64,000 nt of DNA from a virus (lineage: Duplodnaviria; Heunggongvirae; Uroviricota; Caudoviricetes), in IMG/VR virus record IMGVR_UViG_3300032335_000499; one strand, given 5' to 3'. Both the position numbers and the translations under genes were made by a program. This document shows, in pieces, positions 1-9,295 of the stretch (position 1 is its first letter; each line of letters starts with the position of its first letter). Under the pieces are notes generated by a model. That model saw nothing but the letters and a program-made list of their open reading frames with translations, made no database searches and was not told where the DNA came from.

Positions 1-1108
1 ATTAAACAACACTTACTTTACTGTTGCAATTAGTCCGCCCAATGAACAAGGGGACGTAACAGTTCTTGACAGTGCAGCTAAAGAAAATGCTGATTCCTCA
101 ACGGCAACAACTGACAGTGGGGCTCCAGCGGTAAAGCAAGGTGGCCAACAGACACAAGGCACTACTGAAGGCAGGGTAGGTGCTGTTAGTTCTGAAACAA
201 AGAATAGCTTCTTAACGTCACTATGGGATCCGGTTTCATATGCCGAAGCTAAGTTGACTATTTTAGGCGACCCGGATTTCATTATGTATGACTCAAGTGT
301 GGTTGTAGCTGGGGGCAAAACACAATCAGTTAACGAATCACAAATATATAATAAATTCTACGGTTCTGATGGATACACAGTAAATCCAAATGGTGGACAG
401 GTCTTTATCGAAATTGATTTTAAGGAAGCAGTCGATTATGGGTCTGAAGGAATCGACACCGGTTCTATAACAGGACAACCCGGAACACTTTCTATTAACG
501 AAAGCATTTTGTTTTGGGAATATCCAGAAGATATCGCAAAATTGGTCAAGGGCGTTAGTTATATGGTTGTTGCTGTAACCAGCACATTTTCTGGCGGCTC
601 ATTTAAACAAACAATGGAGTGTGCGATCAACACGTTTAATAAAAAGCCTAAAACTGACAGCGCCGGCGGCAGAGAACCAAACAGTAGTCAGACCGGACAA
701 GCTGCTGGAACAAATCCTGCATCTGGTACAAATGTGGCGTCGGGATCACCAGCCGGCGGTCCTAACACAACAGTGGCCGACTCAGGTTTAAAACCGGACA
801 GTCCTGCTAAATTACCAGTGATGACAGTTACCGATCCCGGACCACTAGTAGTTTCAGCCAACTCCGATGCATTGATAGCAGAAATACTTGCTAGTACGCC
901 GTCTGGGTTAGTAGTAGATGATGACGCTAGTAGCACTGCCAGCGCCGCACCGGTAAGTAGACAAGCTGATATTAACGCTGCACAACAAAGAGAGCTAGCA
1001 CCTGCGTTTTCATTGAATAATACGCAGCTTGGTCAGCCAGGACGATTTAATTCAGGGTTTGGTCCGCCACCGTTTGACCCATTCCCAACTGATTTCCCAT
1101 TAACGTAA
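1..1108 (+). CDS. 5'-truncated baseplate hub / tail protein (C-terminal part)
   Basis: The frame of ORF 254..1108 is open back to base 2. LTILGDP and YMVVAVTSTFSGGSFKQTM motifs resemble hub-protein C-termini, and the gene lies just upstream of the gp5-like spike. Confidence 0.55.
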   Translation, partial: LNNTYFTVAISPPNEQGDVTVLDSAAKENADSSTATTDSGAPAVKQGGQQTQGTTEGRVGAVSSETKNSFLTSLWDPVSYAEAKLTILGDPDFIMYDSSVVVAGGKTQSVNESQIYNKFYGSDGYTVNPNGGQVFIEIDFKEAVDYGSEGIDTGSITGQPGTLSINESILFWEYPEDIAKLVKGVSYMVVAVTSTFSGGSFKQTMECAINTFNKKPKTDSAGGREPNSSQTGQAAGTNPASGTNVASGSPAGGPNTTVADSGLKPDSPAKLPVMTVTDPGPLVVSANSDALIAEILASTPSGLVVDDDASSTASAAPVSRQADINAAQQRELAPAFSLNNTQLGQPGRFNSGFGPPPFDPFPTDFPLT

Positions 1109-1118
1109 GAGAGATAAT

Positions 1119-4100
1119 ATGCCAACTGAGGTAATTAAAACAACAGGTAGTACTAAAGAAAGTAAACCAGGCGCCAATGGCGGTAATAACAAAACTGTTC
1201 CATTAATTGGGATAGTTAAAGATAATATTGACCCTACTCGCTCTGGAAGAATCAAAGTATTACTCGCAGATAAAGGTATTCCTACAGATAGTGATAGTTC
1301 AGGAAATTGGGTGTCTGTTAGCTATCTCAGTAACTTTTTTGGTATGGTTAAACCCACAGCGGGACAAACTGGCTTAGGTGACTATGTTGCAAACCCAAGC
1401 AGTTACGGTGAATGGCATGCTCCTCCCGATATCGGTACAAAGGTAATTTGTATATTTGTCAACGGCGACCCCAACTATGGTTTCTACATTGGTTGTATTC
1501 CAGAAGCAGATGCCCTACAGATGGTGCCAGCAATTGGTTCAAGTGACAATATTGTTACTAATGCAGGTGAAGCAAATAGTTACGGCGGTGCAACTAGATT
1601 GCCTGTCACGAATATCAATACCAATGATAAAAGTGTATCGGACAGCAACAAATATCTAGACACTGCAAGACCAGTTCATAGCTACACAGCAAGTATCATG
1701 AGCCAACAAGGAATCATTCGTGACCCTATTCGCGGCCCTATTAGTTCAAGTGCAAGTCGTGAAACAGCTAGCCGAGTGGGCTGGGGTGTATCTACTCCCG
1801 GTAGACCTATCTACGAGGGCGGCTTTGATGATTCTTCTCTTGCGTCAAATTTGGAGCCTGCGGGCGGGCTTGAAACTGCAACAAGGCTAAAAGTTATTGC
1901 TCGTAGAGGCGGACACAGCTTCGTTATGGATGACGGTGACGTTATCGGGCGTGACCAGTTAATTCGTATTCGTACAGCATTAGGTCATCAAATCTTAATG
2001 AGCGATGATGGTCAAACGTTAATGATTCTTCACTCAAACGGACAATCATATATTGAGTTGGGTAAGGAGGGTACGATTGATATGTACTCTACCAACTCAG
2101 TAAACATTAGAACACAGGGAGATTTAAATCTTCACGCTGACCAAAATGTTAACATTCATGCTATGGAGAATCTAAATCTTCAGGGTAAAAACATCCAAAC
2201 TAACTCAGAAGAAGATACTAAGATTCGATCCGGTAAAGATATTCAGGCATTTTCTATTGGTAATTATTTAGGAAAAGCGGGCGGCGCCGTTGCATTTCAA
2301 GCGGGCGGCGAAGCTTCGTTAGTTGCTGGTGGTATTGCATATGTTAATGGTAGCAAAGTAAATCTTAACTCAGGTGGCCCAGGTACTAGTCCACAAGATG
2401 TTGCTGTCATTCCAATCATCGCACAGACTGATACATTGTTTGATGAAGAAAAAGGGTTCATCGCTGCACCTGCAAAACTATTAACTATTGCGACTCGTGC
2501 CCCGGCACACGCACCATGGTCAAACGCAGGTCAAGGGGTTGATGTCAAGACTACTCTTAACGCAAGTGATTCACTTCCGGCAGCACCTTCTGCGGCTGTA
2601 GAACAAACAACTACGGCAGCAGCAACTAACGCTACTCCCCCTGCTATTGCGACAGCAGCGTCAGTGCCAGCTACTACTCCATCAGTTTCGAAAGCAATGG
2701 GTCCTGGACCAACTAATGCAGCGATTGCAGGTGTTGCCACTACGGCTGCGCAAGGACCTGCTGCGGCAGCAACTACCCAAGGTGCTGCGGTTGTTTCAGC
2801 ATCCGGGGTGACTACTTCAGTAACATCTTCTTCATCAACCACTACTACCACAGCTAACGGAGTAACGACAACAACTAAAACATCGTCTTCCGAATCTGCA
2901 ACGGTAGCAGTAGGTTCATTTGCGATGACACCAAAACAGATGGAACAAGCCGGAGTACTCAAGCCCGGTGCATCTACGTTGATTAATGGTATCGCTACAC
3001 AAGCAAACGATATCATTAAGGTGACTGCAACCGGCCTAAATGCTGCTACATCTATCATTGATAAAGCATTGCCTTCAACATTGTTCACTGCTATACCGGG
3101 CGCCGAAAATCTTACATCATTCGTAAAAAATACTTCTGCACAAGCGCAAGGAATGGCGACTACAATGCAGAAAGCACAAACAGCTCTCACGAACAGCGGA
3201 GTACTGACCGGAAATGAATCTGCGGGCACAACTGCTGGTTTAGTCACAGCCGCTGCTACAGTAGGACCAAAAGAAACTATTGCTGCAATCTCTCAGGTTG
3301 CCGGAAAAGCAAGTAGCACATTGAGCAGCGTATCAGGCGCAGTCAGTGGACTAGTGGGTTCAGCCGCAGGTCAAGCATTGAATCAAGTATCAGGTGCATT
3401 GAATCAAGTGTCTGGAGCTATCAATACTGCTAACAAAATAGCTGGTGCTGTAGGCGGCGCAACAAATGCACTTAAAGCAATTGGCGCTGGAACAGCAGCA
3501 GCAGGACTCGCTGATAAGTTAGGTGGTTTGGGAGGACTCTCAAGTGCGTTGAACGCCATGAAGAATGCAGGCGGACCTGCTGGTCTAACTGGAATTCAAG
3601 ACGCAGCAAAGGGCATTGCTACTAATGCGTTCAACTCAATTAAGGATTCATTCAAGGCATTCAAGCCCGGCGTACCGCAGAATCTTACTGCGATTGCCAA
3701 AGAAGCAGCAGCCAAAGCACAGGCAGAAGCTGGTCAACTTTCACAACTTAGTGCAACATTGACTACAGCTTCTAAGGGACTTACTGAGGGGCTATCAAAC
3801 GTTGGTAAAGCGGCTGGGCAGCTAACCAATGCTATTGGCGGCGTAACCGGTGCACTTAGTGGCGCATCAGCCGCTCTGAAAAATGTCGGTGGTTCATTAA
3901 GTACTCTAGCTGATAATGCGAAAAGTATATCCAACACTGTAAACACTGCGACCGCATCTGTATCCGGTGCATTAGGCGCAGTATCGTCATTAACCGGTTC
4001 AATCAAGTCAACTACATCTTCGTTAAGTTCGATTACAAGTTCAATGCAAAATACTGTTGCTGGCGTCAGTGGAGCCGTCTCAGCAGTTAACGGTTCACTT

Positions 4101-5405
4101 GGACAATTAACTAATAAAATTAGTGGATCAGTTGGATCATTTGCTAATACCCTAAACTCCGTATCTACTGCCGCAACATCTATTACTAGCACTGCTAATA
4201 AGATTACTGGGGCAATTGATAATGTAAGTAGTCTTGCTGGCGCGGGTCCAGCTCTAGCAGCAGGCGGCACGGCTGCATTATCTACTGCCGCATCAACTGT
4301 TGCTAAAGGTGCGACTGCCGCAGTGTCATCTCAAGTAGCATCTGGTATTAGTAATTTAGCAGGTGGCATTAAGTCGGTATCCTCGGTACTCGACAAAGCA
4401 ACCGGGGCAGTAAACAGCATTCCGGGTGCAGGCAGTCTTACTGGACTTATTAAGGATGCACAGACATCAGTAATGAGCGGACTACAAAGTGCGGAAAAAC
4501 TTGCAAATGATATCGGAGGGCAATTAGATAATCTAACTGCACTTGTATCTAAGGGCTTGCCAGCAGGCGCGGCAGCAGAACTAGCATCTTCAGTGTCAGC
4601 ACTAAGTGCCGGCGGTGCTGCTGCAATCAAGCTTCCTGCTGTAGGATTTAATACTACTGACAGAGGCTCAATCACCTCGCAAATTAAATCTGTTCTTGGC
4701 AATCCTAAAATCCCGACACCAAATCTACTGGGTGAAATTACTCAGGATGTTAAGGATCAAGCACAGAAACTACTTGATGTTGGTAAAAAATATCAGCAGC
4801 TTCAAGATAAACTTGCTGAATTTGATAAAAAGATTTTTGAAAAATCAAAAGCATATAATGAAGCAGAACTAAATCTCCCTGCAGGAGATCCTGCAATTGA
4901 AAAAGCACTTGCTGAATTTGATAAGGCAACAACTGATCCTGAATACGCTAAACTGTTAGATGACATCATTAATTTAGATAATATTAATAATGTTGCTGGA
5001 GATATTCTTGCTGGTGCCGGAGAGACTGCTAGTGGAATCGCTAACGCAGCATCAAGCTTAACGTCTGGACTATCTGAGTTAACAGGGTCATTGACCGGCG
5101 CGGTAGGAGGGATATCTAGAGGAGCATCTTCACTTAGTGGTTCACTGACTTCTTTAACTAAAGCAGCAACATCGGTATCATCTACCGCTTCCTCAGTAAA
5201 TTCAACTATCAAATCAGTTACGAACTCAATTACTACAGTAACCTCTAGTGCTACGCAAATAACGGCTACTGCTAAAACAGCATTGTCCTCAGTTACTGGA
5301 TCTGGTGCAACTGCAATTGAAGGTATACAAACAAAAATAAATACAAGTAAAGCAGAGTTGAATAATACAATTGCGGGTATTATAGGACCTTCAGGAAATG
5401 GATAA
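1119..5405 (+). CDS. gp5/VgrG-like baseplate central spike with long Ala/Gly/Ser/Thr-rich extension
   Basis: N-terminal gp5 OB-fold motifs (GIVKDNIDPTRSGRIKV, PPDIGTKVICIF), beta-helix segment (GGHSFVMDDG, IRIRTALGHQILMSD), RAPAHAPW tip-like motif; directly upstream of a gp25-like gene. Confidence 0.8.
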   Translation: MPTEVIKTTGSTKESKPGANGGNNKTVPLIGIVKDNIDPTRSGRIKVLLADKGIPTDSDSSGNWVSVSYLSNFFGMVKPTAGQTGLGDYVANPSSYGEWHAPPDIGTKVICIFVNGDPNYGFYIGCIPEADALQMVPAIGSSDNIVTNAGEANSYGGATRLPVTNINTNDKSVSDSNKYLDTARPVHSYTASIMSQQGIIRDPIRGPISSSASRETASRVGWGVSTPGRPIYEGGFDDSSLASNLEPAGGLETATRLKVIARRGGHSFVMDDGDVIGRDQLIRIRTALGHQILMSDDGQTLMILHSNGQSYIELGKEGTIDMYSTNSVNIRTQGDLNLHADQNVNIHAMENLNLQGKNIQTNSEEDTKIRSGKDIQAFSIGNYLGKAGGAVAFQAGGEASLVAGGIAYVNGSKVNLNSGGPGTSPQDVAVIPIIAQTDTLFDEEKGFIAAPAKLLTIATRAPAHAPWSNAGQGVDVKTTLNASDSLPAAPSAAVEQTTTAAATNATPPAIATAASVPATTPSVSKAMGPGPTNAAIAGVATTAAQGPAAAATTQGAAVVSASGVTTSVTSSSSTTTTTANGVTTTTKTSSSESATVAVGSFAMTPKQMEQAGVLKPGASTLINGIATQANDIIKVTATGLNAATSIIDKALPSTLFTAIPGAENLTSFVKNTSAQAQGMATTMQKAQTALTNSGVLTGNESAGTTAGLVTAAATVGPKETIAAISQVAGKASSTLSSVSGAVSGLVGSAAGQALNQVSGALNQVSGAINTANKIAGAVGGATNALKAIGAGTAAAGLADKLGGLGGLSSALNAMKNAGGPAGLTGIQDAAKGIATNAFNSIKDSFKAFKPGVPQNLTAIAKEAAAKAQAEAGQLSQLSATLTTASKGLTEGLSNVGKAAGQLTNAIGGVTGALSGASAALKNVGGSLSTLADNAKSISNTVNTATASVSGALGAVSSLTGSIKSTTSSLSSITSSMQNTVAGVSGAVSAVNGSLGQLTNKISGSVGSFANTLNSVSTAATSITSTANKITGAIDNVSSLAGAGPALAAGGTAALSTAASTVAKGATAAVSSQVASGISNLAGGIKSVSSVLDKATGAVNSIPGAGSLTGLIKDAQTSVMSGLQSAEKLANDIGGQLDNLTALVSKGLPAGAAAELASSVSALSAGGAAAIKLPAVGFNTTDRGSITSQIKSVLGNPKIPTPNLLGEITQDVKDQAQKLLDVGKKYQQLQDKLAEFDKKIFEKSKAYNEAELNLPAGDPAIEKALAEFDKATTDPEYAKLLDDIINLDNINNVAGDILAGAGETASGIANAASSLTSGLSELTGSLTGAVGGISRGASSLSGSLTSLTKAATSVSSTASSVNSTIKSVTNSITTVTSSATQITATAKTALSSVTGSGATAIEGIQTKINTSKAELNNTIAGIIGPSGNG

Positions 5406-5415
5406 GGAATAATTA

Positions 5416-5865
5416 ATGGCACAGTATGTAGGGTTTAGTACCAAAGACGCTTGTAAGCCAAAAACTACTAATGCAGTAGGCGGAATCGACAATGGCGCAG
5501 GCGGCATTCGGCAACCTATTATTTGGGGAAAGAAGTATAGATTGACTGATACCCAATTAGTGATGCAAGATTTCTTAAATGCCCTTAATATTCCTTTAGG
5601 TAGTAAAGTAGGACAACCGGGATATGGAACTAAAGTTTGGAGCTTTATATTTGAACCAAACACCGCAGATGTGCAGTTCCAACTAGAAAATGAGATCTTT
5701 AGAGTTGCAGCAACAGACCCCAGAATTATTCTTAATTCAGTTAAAGCATTTCCTAAAGAAAACGGTATCTTATTAGAAGTTGAGCTTGCAATTAACCCGT
5801 TCAATCAAGCAGAACTTGTTAGTGTATTCTTTAACAGAGCAACTACTACCGCTACATTCATTTAA
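5416..5865 (+). CDS. gp25-like baseplate wedge subunit
   Basis: LVMQDFLNALNIPLGSKVGQPGYGTKVWSFIFEP...DPRI pattern of the GPW/gp25 family; size and synteny fit. Confidence 0.85.
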   Translation: MAQYVGFSTKDACKPKTTNAVGGIDNGAGGIRQPIIWGKKYRLTDTQLVMQDFLNALNIPLGSKVGQPGYGTKVWSFIFEPNTADVQFQLENEIFRVAATDPRIILNSVKAFPKENGILLEVELAINPFNQAELVSVFFNRATTTATFI

Positions 5866-5887
5866 CAAAACCTGCTCTTTTCCTAAT

Positions 5888-5895
5888 GATAAATA
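5888..5895 (+). promoter_or_regulatory. late-promoter-like motif GATAAATA
   Basis: Intergenic variant of the T4 late consensus TATAAATA; same octamer at 29155 and 32752. Confidence 0.55.
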
Positions 5896-5915
5896 CATGA
5901 AAAGAGTATTAATCT

Positions 5916-8900
5916 ATGGCAACAAGTTCAAGACAATCTGCGTTGTTTGGCCTCAACGACTGGAAAACTATATACCAGACGTTCCGTGAAGCCGACTTTA
6001 GAAGTTATGATTATGAAACCCTACGCAAGAGTTTCATCGATTACCTTCGTGTATATTATCCTGAAACTTTCAATGACTATACTGAGTCAAGTGAATTCAT
6101 TGCGTTGCTTGATGTTATTGCATTTATGGGTCAGGGTCTTGCATTCCGCGGCGACTTGAATGCTCGTGAGAACTTTATTGATACTGCTGAGCGTAGAGAC
6201 AGTGTTATTAAGCTTGCCAATCTTGTCAGCTATATTCCAAAAAGAAACATTGCTGGACAGGGCTACCTAAAAATATCTAGCATCAGCACTACACAGAACA
6301 TCACTGACATCAATGGATTAAATCTTAGCAACCAAACTATTCTTTGGAATGACCCTGCTAATCCGAACTGGCTGGAACAATTCAATACTATTGTAAATGC
6401 TACGCTAGTTAATACTCAACGAATCGGTCGCCCCGCTAATATTTCTGAGTTAGCAGGTGTTAGTACTAGCGAATACACCATGCAGATTCCACCTAATGCA
6501 TTGCCTATTGTTCCGTTTAATAGCACCATCGATGGTCAGACTATGAATTTTGAACTATGCAGTGTTTCAACTGTAGATTCAACTAGTGTATATGAAATTC
6601 CACCAGCACCAACTGGCAGATTCAATATGGTGTATCGCAATGACCAATTGGGCTTCGGCTCTGCTGAGACTGGATTCTTCTTCTACTTCAAACAGGGTAG
6701 TCTTCAGAATTACGATTTCACCTTGCAACAACAAATCAGTAATCAGAATATTCCTATTGATGTTCAGGGCGTAAACAACAGTGACACATGGTTATTCCAA
6801 CTCAATGAAGATGGTACTAGAACACCTTGGAAGCAAGTAGAAAATGTATATGCAGACGCATATTTGCAAACTGAATTCTCAGACAGAAAGATTTTCTCAG
6901 TAGGTTCTCGCTTCAACGATCAAGTAACTTATACCTTTGGTGACGGAGTGTTCAGCCAGATTCCGGTCGGCAATTTCCGTGCATATGTAAGAGCGGGTAA
7001 TGCGCTGACTTATGCAATTAGCCCTAGTGAGATGCAAGGCATCTCAGTCACCTTCACTTATATCAGCCGCGTAGGTAGAGCAGAACAAATTACATTTGGT
7101 CTTGAATTACCATTAACAGTTAACACTGCCCAAGCTCGTGAAACTCTTGCTAATATCAAGCAACGTGCTCCTACTCGTTACTACACACAAAATCGTATGG
7201 TCAATGGCGAAGACTACAATAACTTCCCATACACTTTATATAGCTCTATCGTTAAGAGTAAAGCAATCAATCGTTCAAGCGTAGGCACTTCTAAGAATCT
7301 AGATTTACTTGACCCTACTGGTAAGTATTCCAGCACAAATAGTTTTGGTAGCGATGGCGCGCTATATCAAGACAACGCGGATGGCTTCTTGAATCTAACT
7401 ATTAATAATACTAGTGACATTATTGCTTTCTTCACTGATACACTGTCAAATATATTGTCATTGAACAGAGCGACCCAGTATTATATTCAAAATTATACAA
7501 GATATCCTGTCAATGCAGCATCAGGTGACGGGACTGTTTATTGGAGAACAAGTACAGTAGACACCGGCACTGAATCAGGTTACTTCTATACAGTTACCGG
7601 TAGTTTAGAGCAACCACTAAGTGTTGGCATCTTCAACAGCCAAAACATGAAGTATGTAACAACCGGCGCTATCTGTAAGTTTATTGCACCTACTGGATTC
7701 TATTTCGATCTTGCTACTAACAGATTAGTTCAGGGTATTCCTCCTAGCCCCGAACAAACTTATATTTGGTCAACTATTCTTAATGTTGCAGGTGACGGTA
7801 GCAATAATGGCAACGGTAGTTTTGCTAATGGTGTTGGTCCTATTAAATTAAATGGGTATGTTCCCACCGATATACAGATTGCAGAGATAATTCCTGTATT
7901 CGGCAATGCGTTCCCGACAACGCTGATTCAAGAATGTTTATTCAGAATGGAATTGCAACAAGACTTTACATTAGTGTTTAATAATTCATTGATGATTAAT
8001 CAAGATCGGTGGTCTATTTCCGGCTTTACTGATCCGAATTATTTTGTAAAGTTCACTAGCACTGGCGCAAATACATATAGCATTACTTACCGTTCATTGA
8101 CATATTACTTTGGAAGTGTCGCTGATACTAGATTTACTTTTGCTAAAGATGAACTAGTATACGACCCCTTTAGTGGAAAAATCATTCAAGATTTTGTCAA
8201 TATACTTTCTGTAAATACTCAGTTCGGAACAAATATTCCCTTAGGTCAAGACTTACAGGTAAATATTGTAGGACAGACAGTAGAGAGCGACGGGTACATT
8301 AACGATTTCCAAGTTGAAGTAGCTGCGACCGATGTTAACAATCGCCAATTAATTTTAAATCCAGACTTTTTTACTGAGGTTACTGGTTATAGCACAGGCT
8401 CATCTAATATTGGAAAATATGTATTTTTTAGAACGATACAAGATGCTATTAATTTATCTAGGCAGTATATTATTCCTAGTGCGGATGTAAATTATGCTTA
8501 TGCAACAACATCTCAGATTGAAGTTGTAAAATATGATTATCCAGTAGGAACATTATTCTATGCATATGGTGAGAACAAGTTTTATAAAACTGTTCAAGAC
8601 CAAACCATCATTACCCCGTTCTATTTGTTAGTAGAGCAAGACTCATATTCAGTTGAGACAGGTAGACAAGGGTTGTCATACCAATATAGACATAACAGTA
8701 ATAACACTACTAGAATTGATCCGGTAACAACTAATATTATTGACTTGTATTTGGTTACTCAAGCGTACTACACTGAATATACTAATTGGCTTGTGGATAC
8801 AACTAATACTATTCCAGAACCGATACGCCCTTCTATCACTGAATTAAGCACTGAATACAGCGGTGTAAATAACTATAAGATGATGAGCGATGCAGTAATC

Positions 8901-9287
8901 ATGAATAGTGTAGTCTTTAAACCATTGTTTGGACCTAAAGCAGTTCCTGCATTACGAGCAACAATTAAGGTAATCAAGAGTTCAAGTACAAATGCAAGTG
9001 ATAGTGAAATTCGCAGCACAGTACTTGCAGCAATGAACAATTACTTCAATATCAATAATTGGAACTTTGGAGATACATTCTACTTTTCAGAACTTAGTGC
9101 ATTTTTACACACAACTTGCGGAGAGTTGATTAGTTCTGCTGTTCTTGTTCCTAATGACCCAACTATGAGCTTCGGAGATTTATATGAGATAAAATGTATG
9201 CCGTATGAGATTTTCGTAAATGCTGCAACTGCAAATGATGTAGTGGTAGTACCGGCCCTCACACCCGCTGAATTACAGGTAAGATAA
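5916..9287 (+). CDS. gp6-like baseplate wedge protein
   Basis: YDYETLRKSFIDYL...FNDYTESSEF...ARENFIDTAERRDSVIKLA, FGDGVF and ETLANIKQRAP...QNRMVNGEDY are T4 gp6 / baseplate J-like motifs. Confidence 0.85.
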   Translation: MATSSRQSALFGLNDWKTIYQTFREADFRSYDYETLRKSFIDYLRVYYPETFNDYTESSEFIALLDVIAFMGQGLAFRGDLNARENFIDTAERRDSVIKLANLVSYIPKRNIAGQGYLKISSISTTQNITDINGLNLSNQTILWNDPANPNWLEQFNTIVNATLVNTQRIGRPANISELAGVSTSEYTMQIPPNALPIVPFNSTIDGQTMNFELCSVSTVDSTSVYEIPPAPTGRFNMVYRNDQLGFGSAETGFFFYFKQGSLQNYDFTLQQQISNQNIPIDVQGVNNSDTWLFQLNEDGTRTPWKQVENVYADAYLQTEFSDRKIFSVGSRFNDQVTYTFGDGVFSQIPVGNFRAYVRAGNALTYAISPSEMQGISVTFTYISRVGRAEQITFGLELPLTVNTAQARETLANIKQRAPTRYYTQNRMVNGEDYNNFPYTLYSSIVKSKAINRSSVGTSKNLDLLDPTGKYSSTNSFGSDGALYQDNADGFLNLTINNTSDIIAFFTDTLSNILSLNRATQYYIQNYTRYPVNAASGDGTVYWRTSTVDTGTESGYFYTVTGSLEQPLSVGIFNSQNMKYVTTGAICKFIAPTGFYFDLATNRLVQGIPPSPEQTYIWSTILNVAGDGSNNGNGSFANGVGPIKLNGYVPTDIQIAEIIPVFGNAFPTTLIQECLFRMELQQDFTLVFNNSLMINQDRWSISGFTDPNYFVKFTSTGANTYSITYRSLTYYFGSVADTRFTFAKDELVYDPFSGKIIQDFVNILSVNTQFGTNIPLGQDLQVNIVGQTVESDGYINDFQVEVAATDVNNRQLILNPDFFTEVTGYSTGSSNIGKYVFFRTIQDAINLSRQYIIPSADVNYAYATTSQIEVVKYDYPVGTLFYAYGENKFYKTVQDQTIITPFYLLVEQDSYSVETGRQGLSYQYRHNSNNTTRIDPVTTNIIDLYLVTQAYYTEYTNWLVDTTNTIPEPIRPSITELSTEYSGVNNYKMMSDAVIMNSVVFKPLFGPKAVPALRATIKVIKSSSTNASDSEIRSTVLAAMNNYFNINNWNFGDTFYFSELSAFLHTTCGELISSAVLVPNDPTMSFGDLYEIKCMPYEIFVNAATANDVVVVPALTPAELQVR

Positions 9288-9290
9288 GTA
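9283..9290 (+). promoter_or_regulatory. late-promoter-like motif GATAAGTA, 5 nt before ATG
   Basis: One-mismatch variant with the same spacing to the start codon as other copies. Confidence 0.4.
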
Positions 9291-9295
9291 TATAC

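Noticed and set aside
3375-3416. 21-nt tandem duplication (ALNQVSG x2) in the spike gene
   Set aside because: Ordinary slippage in a low-complexity helical region.
13-5804. Long minus-strand ORFs opposite the spike and gp25 genes (e.g. 2531..3247, 4802..5422)
   Set aside because: Antisense shadows of Ala/Thr/Ser-rich codons; no recognisable motifs and fully overlapped by convincing + strand genes. The same applies to the other short minus-strand ORFs in the track.
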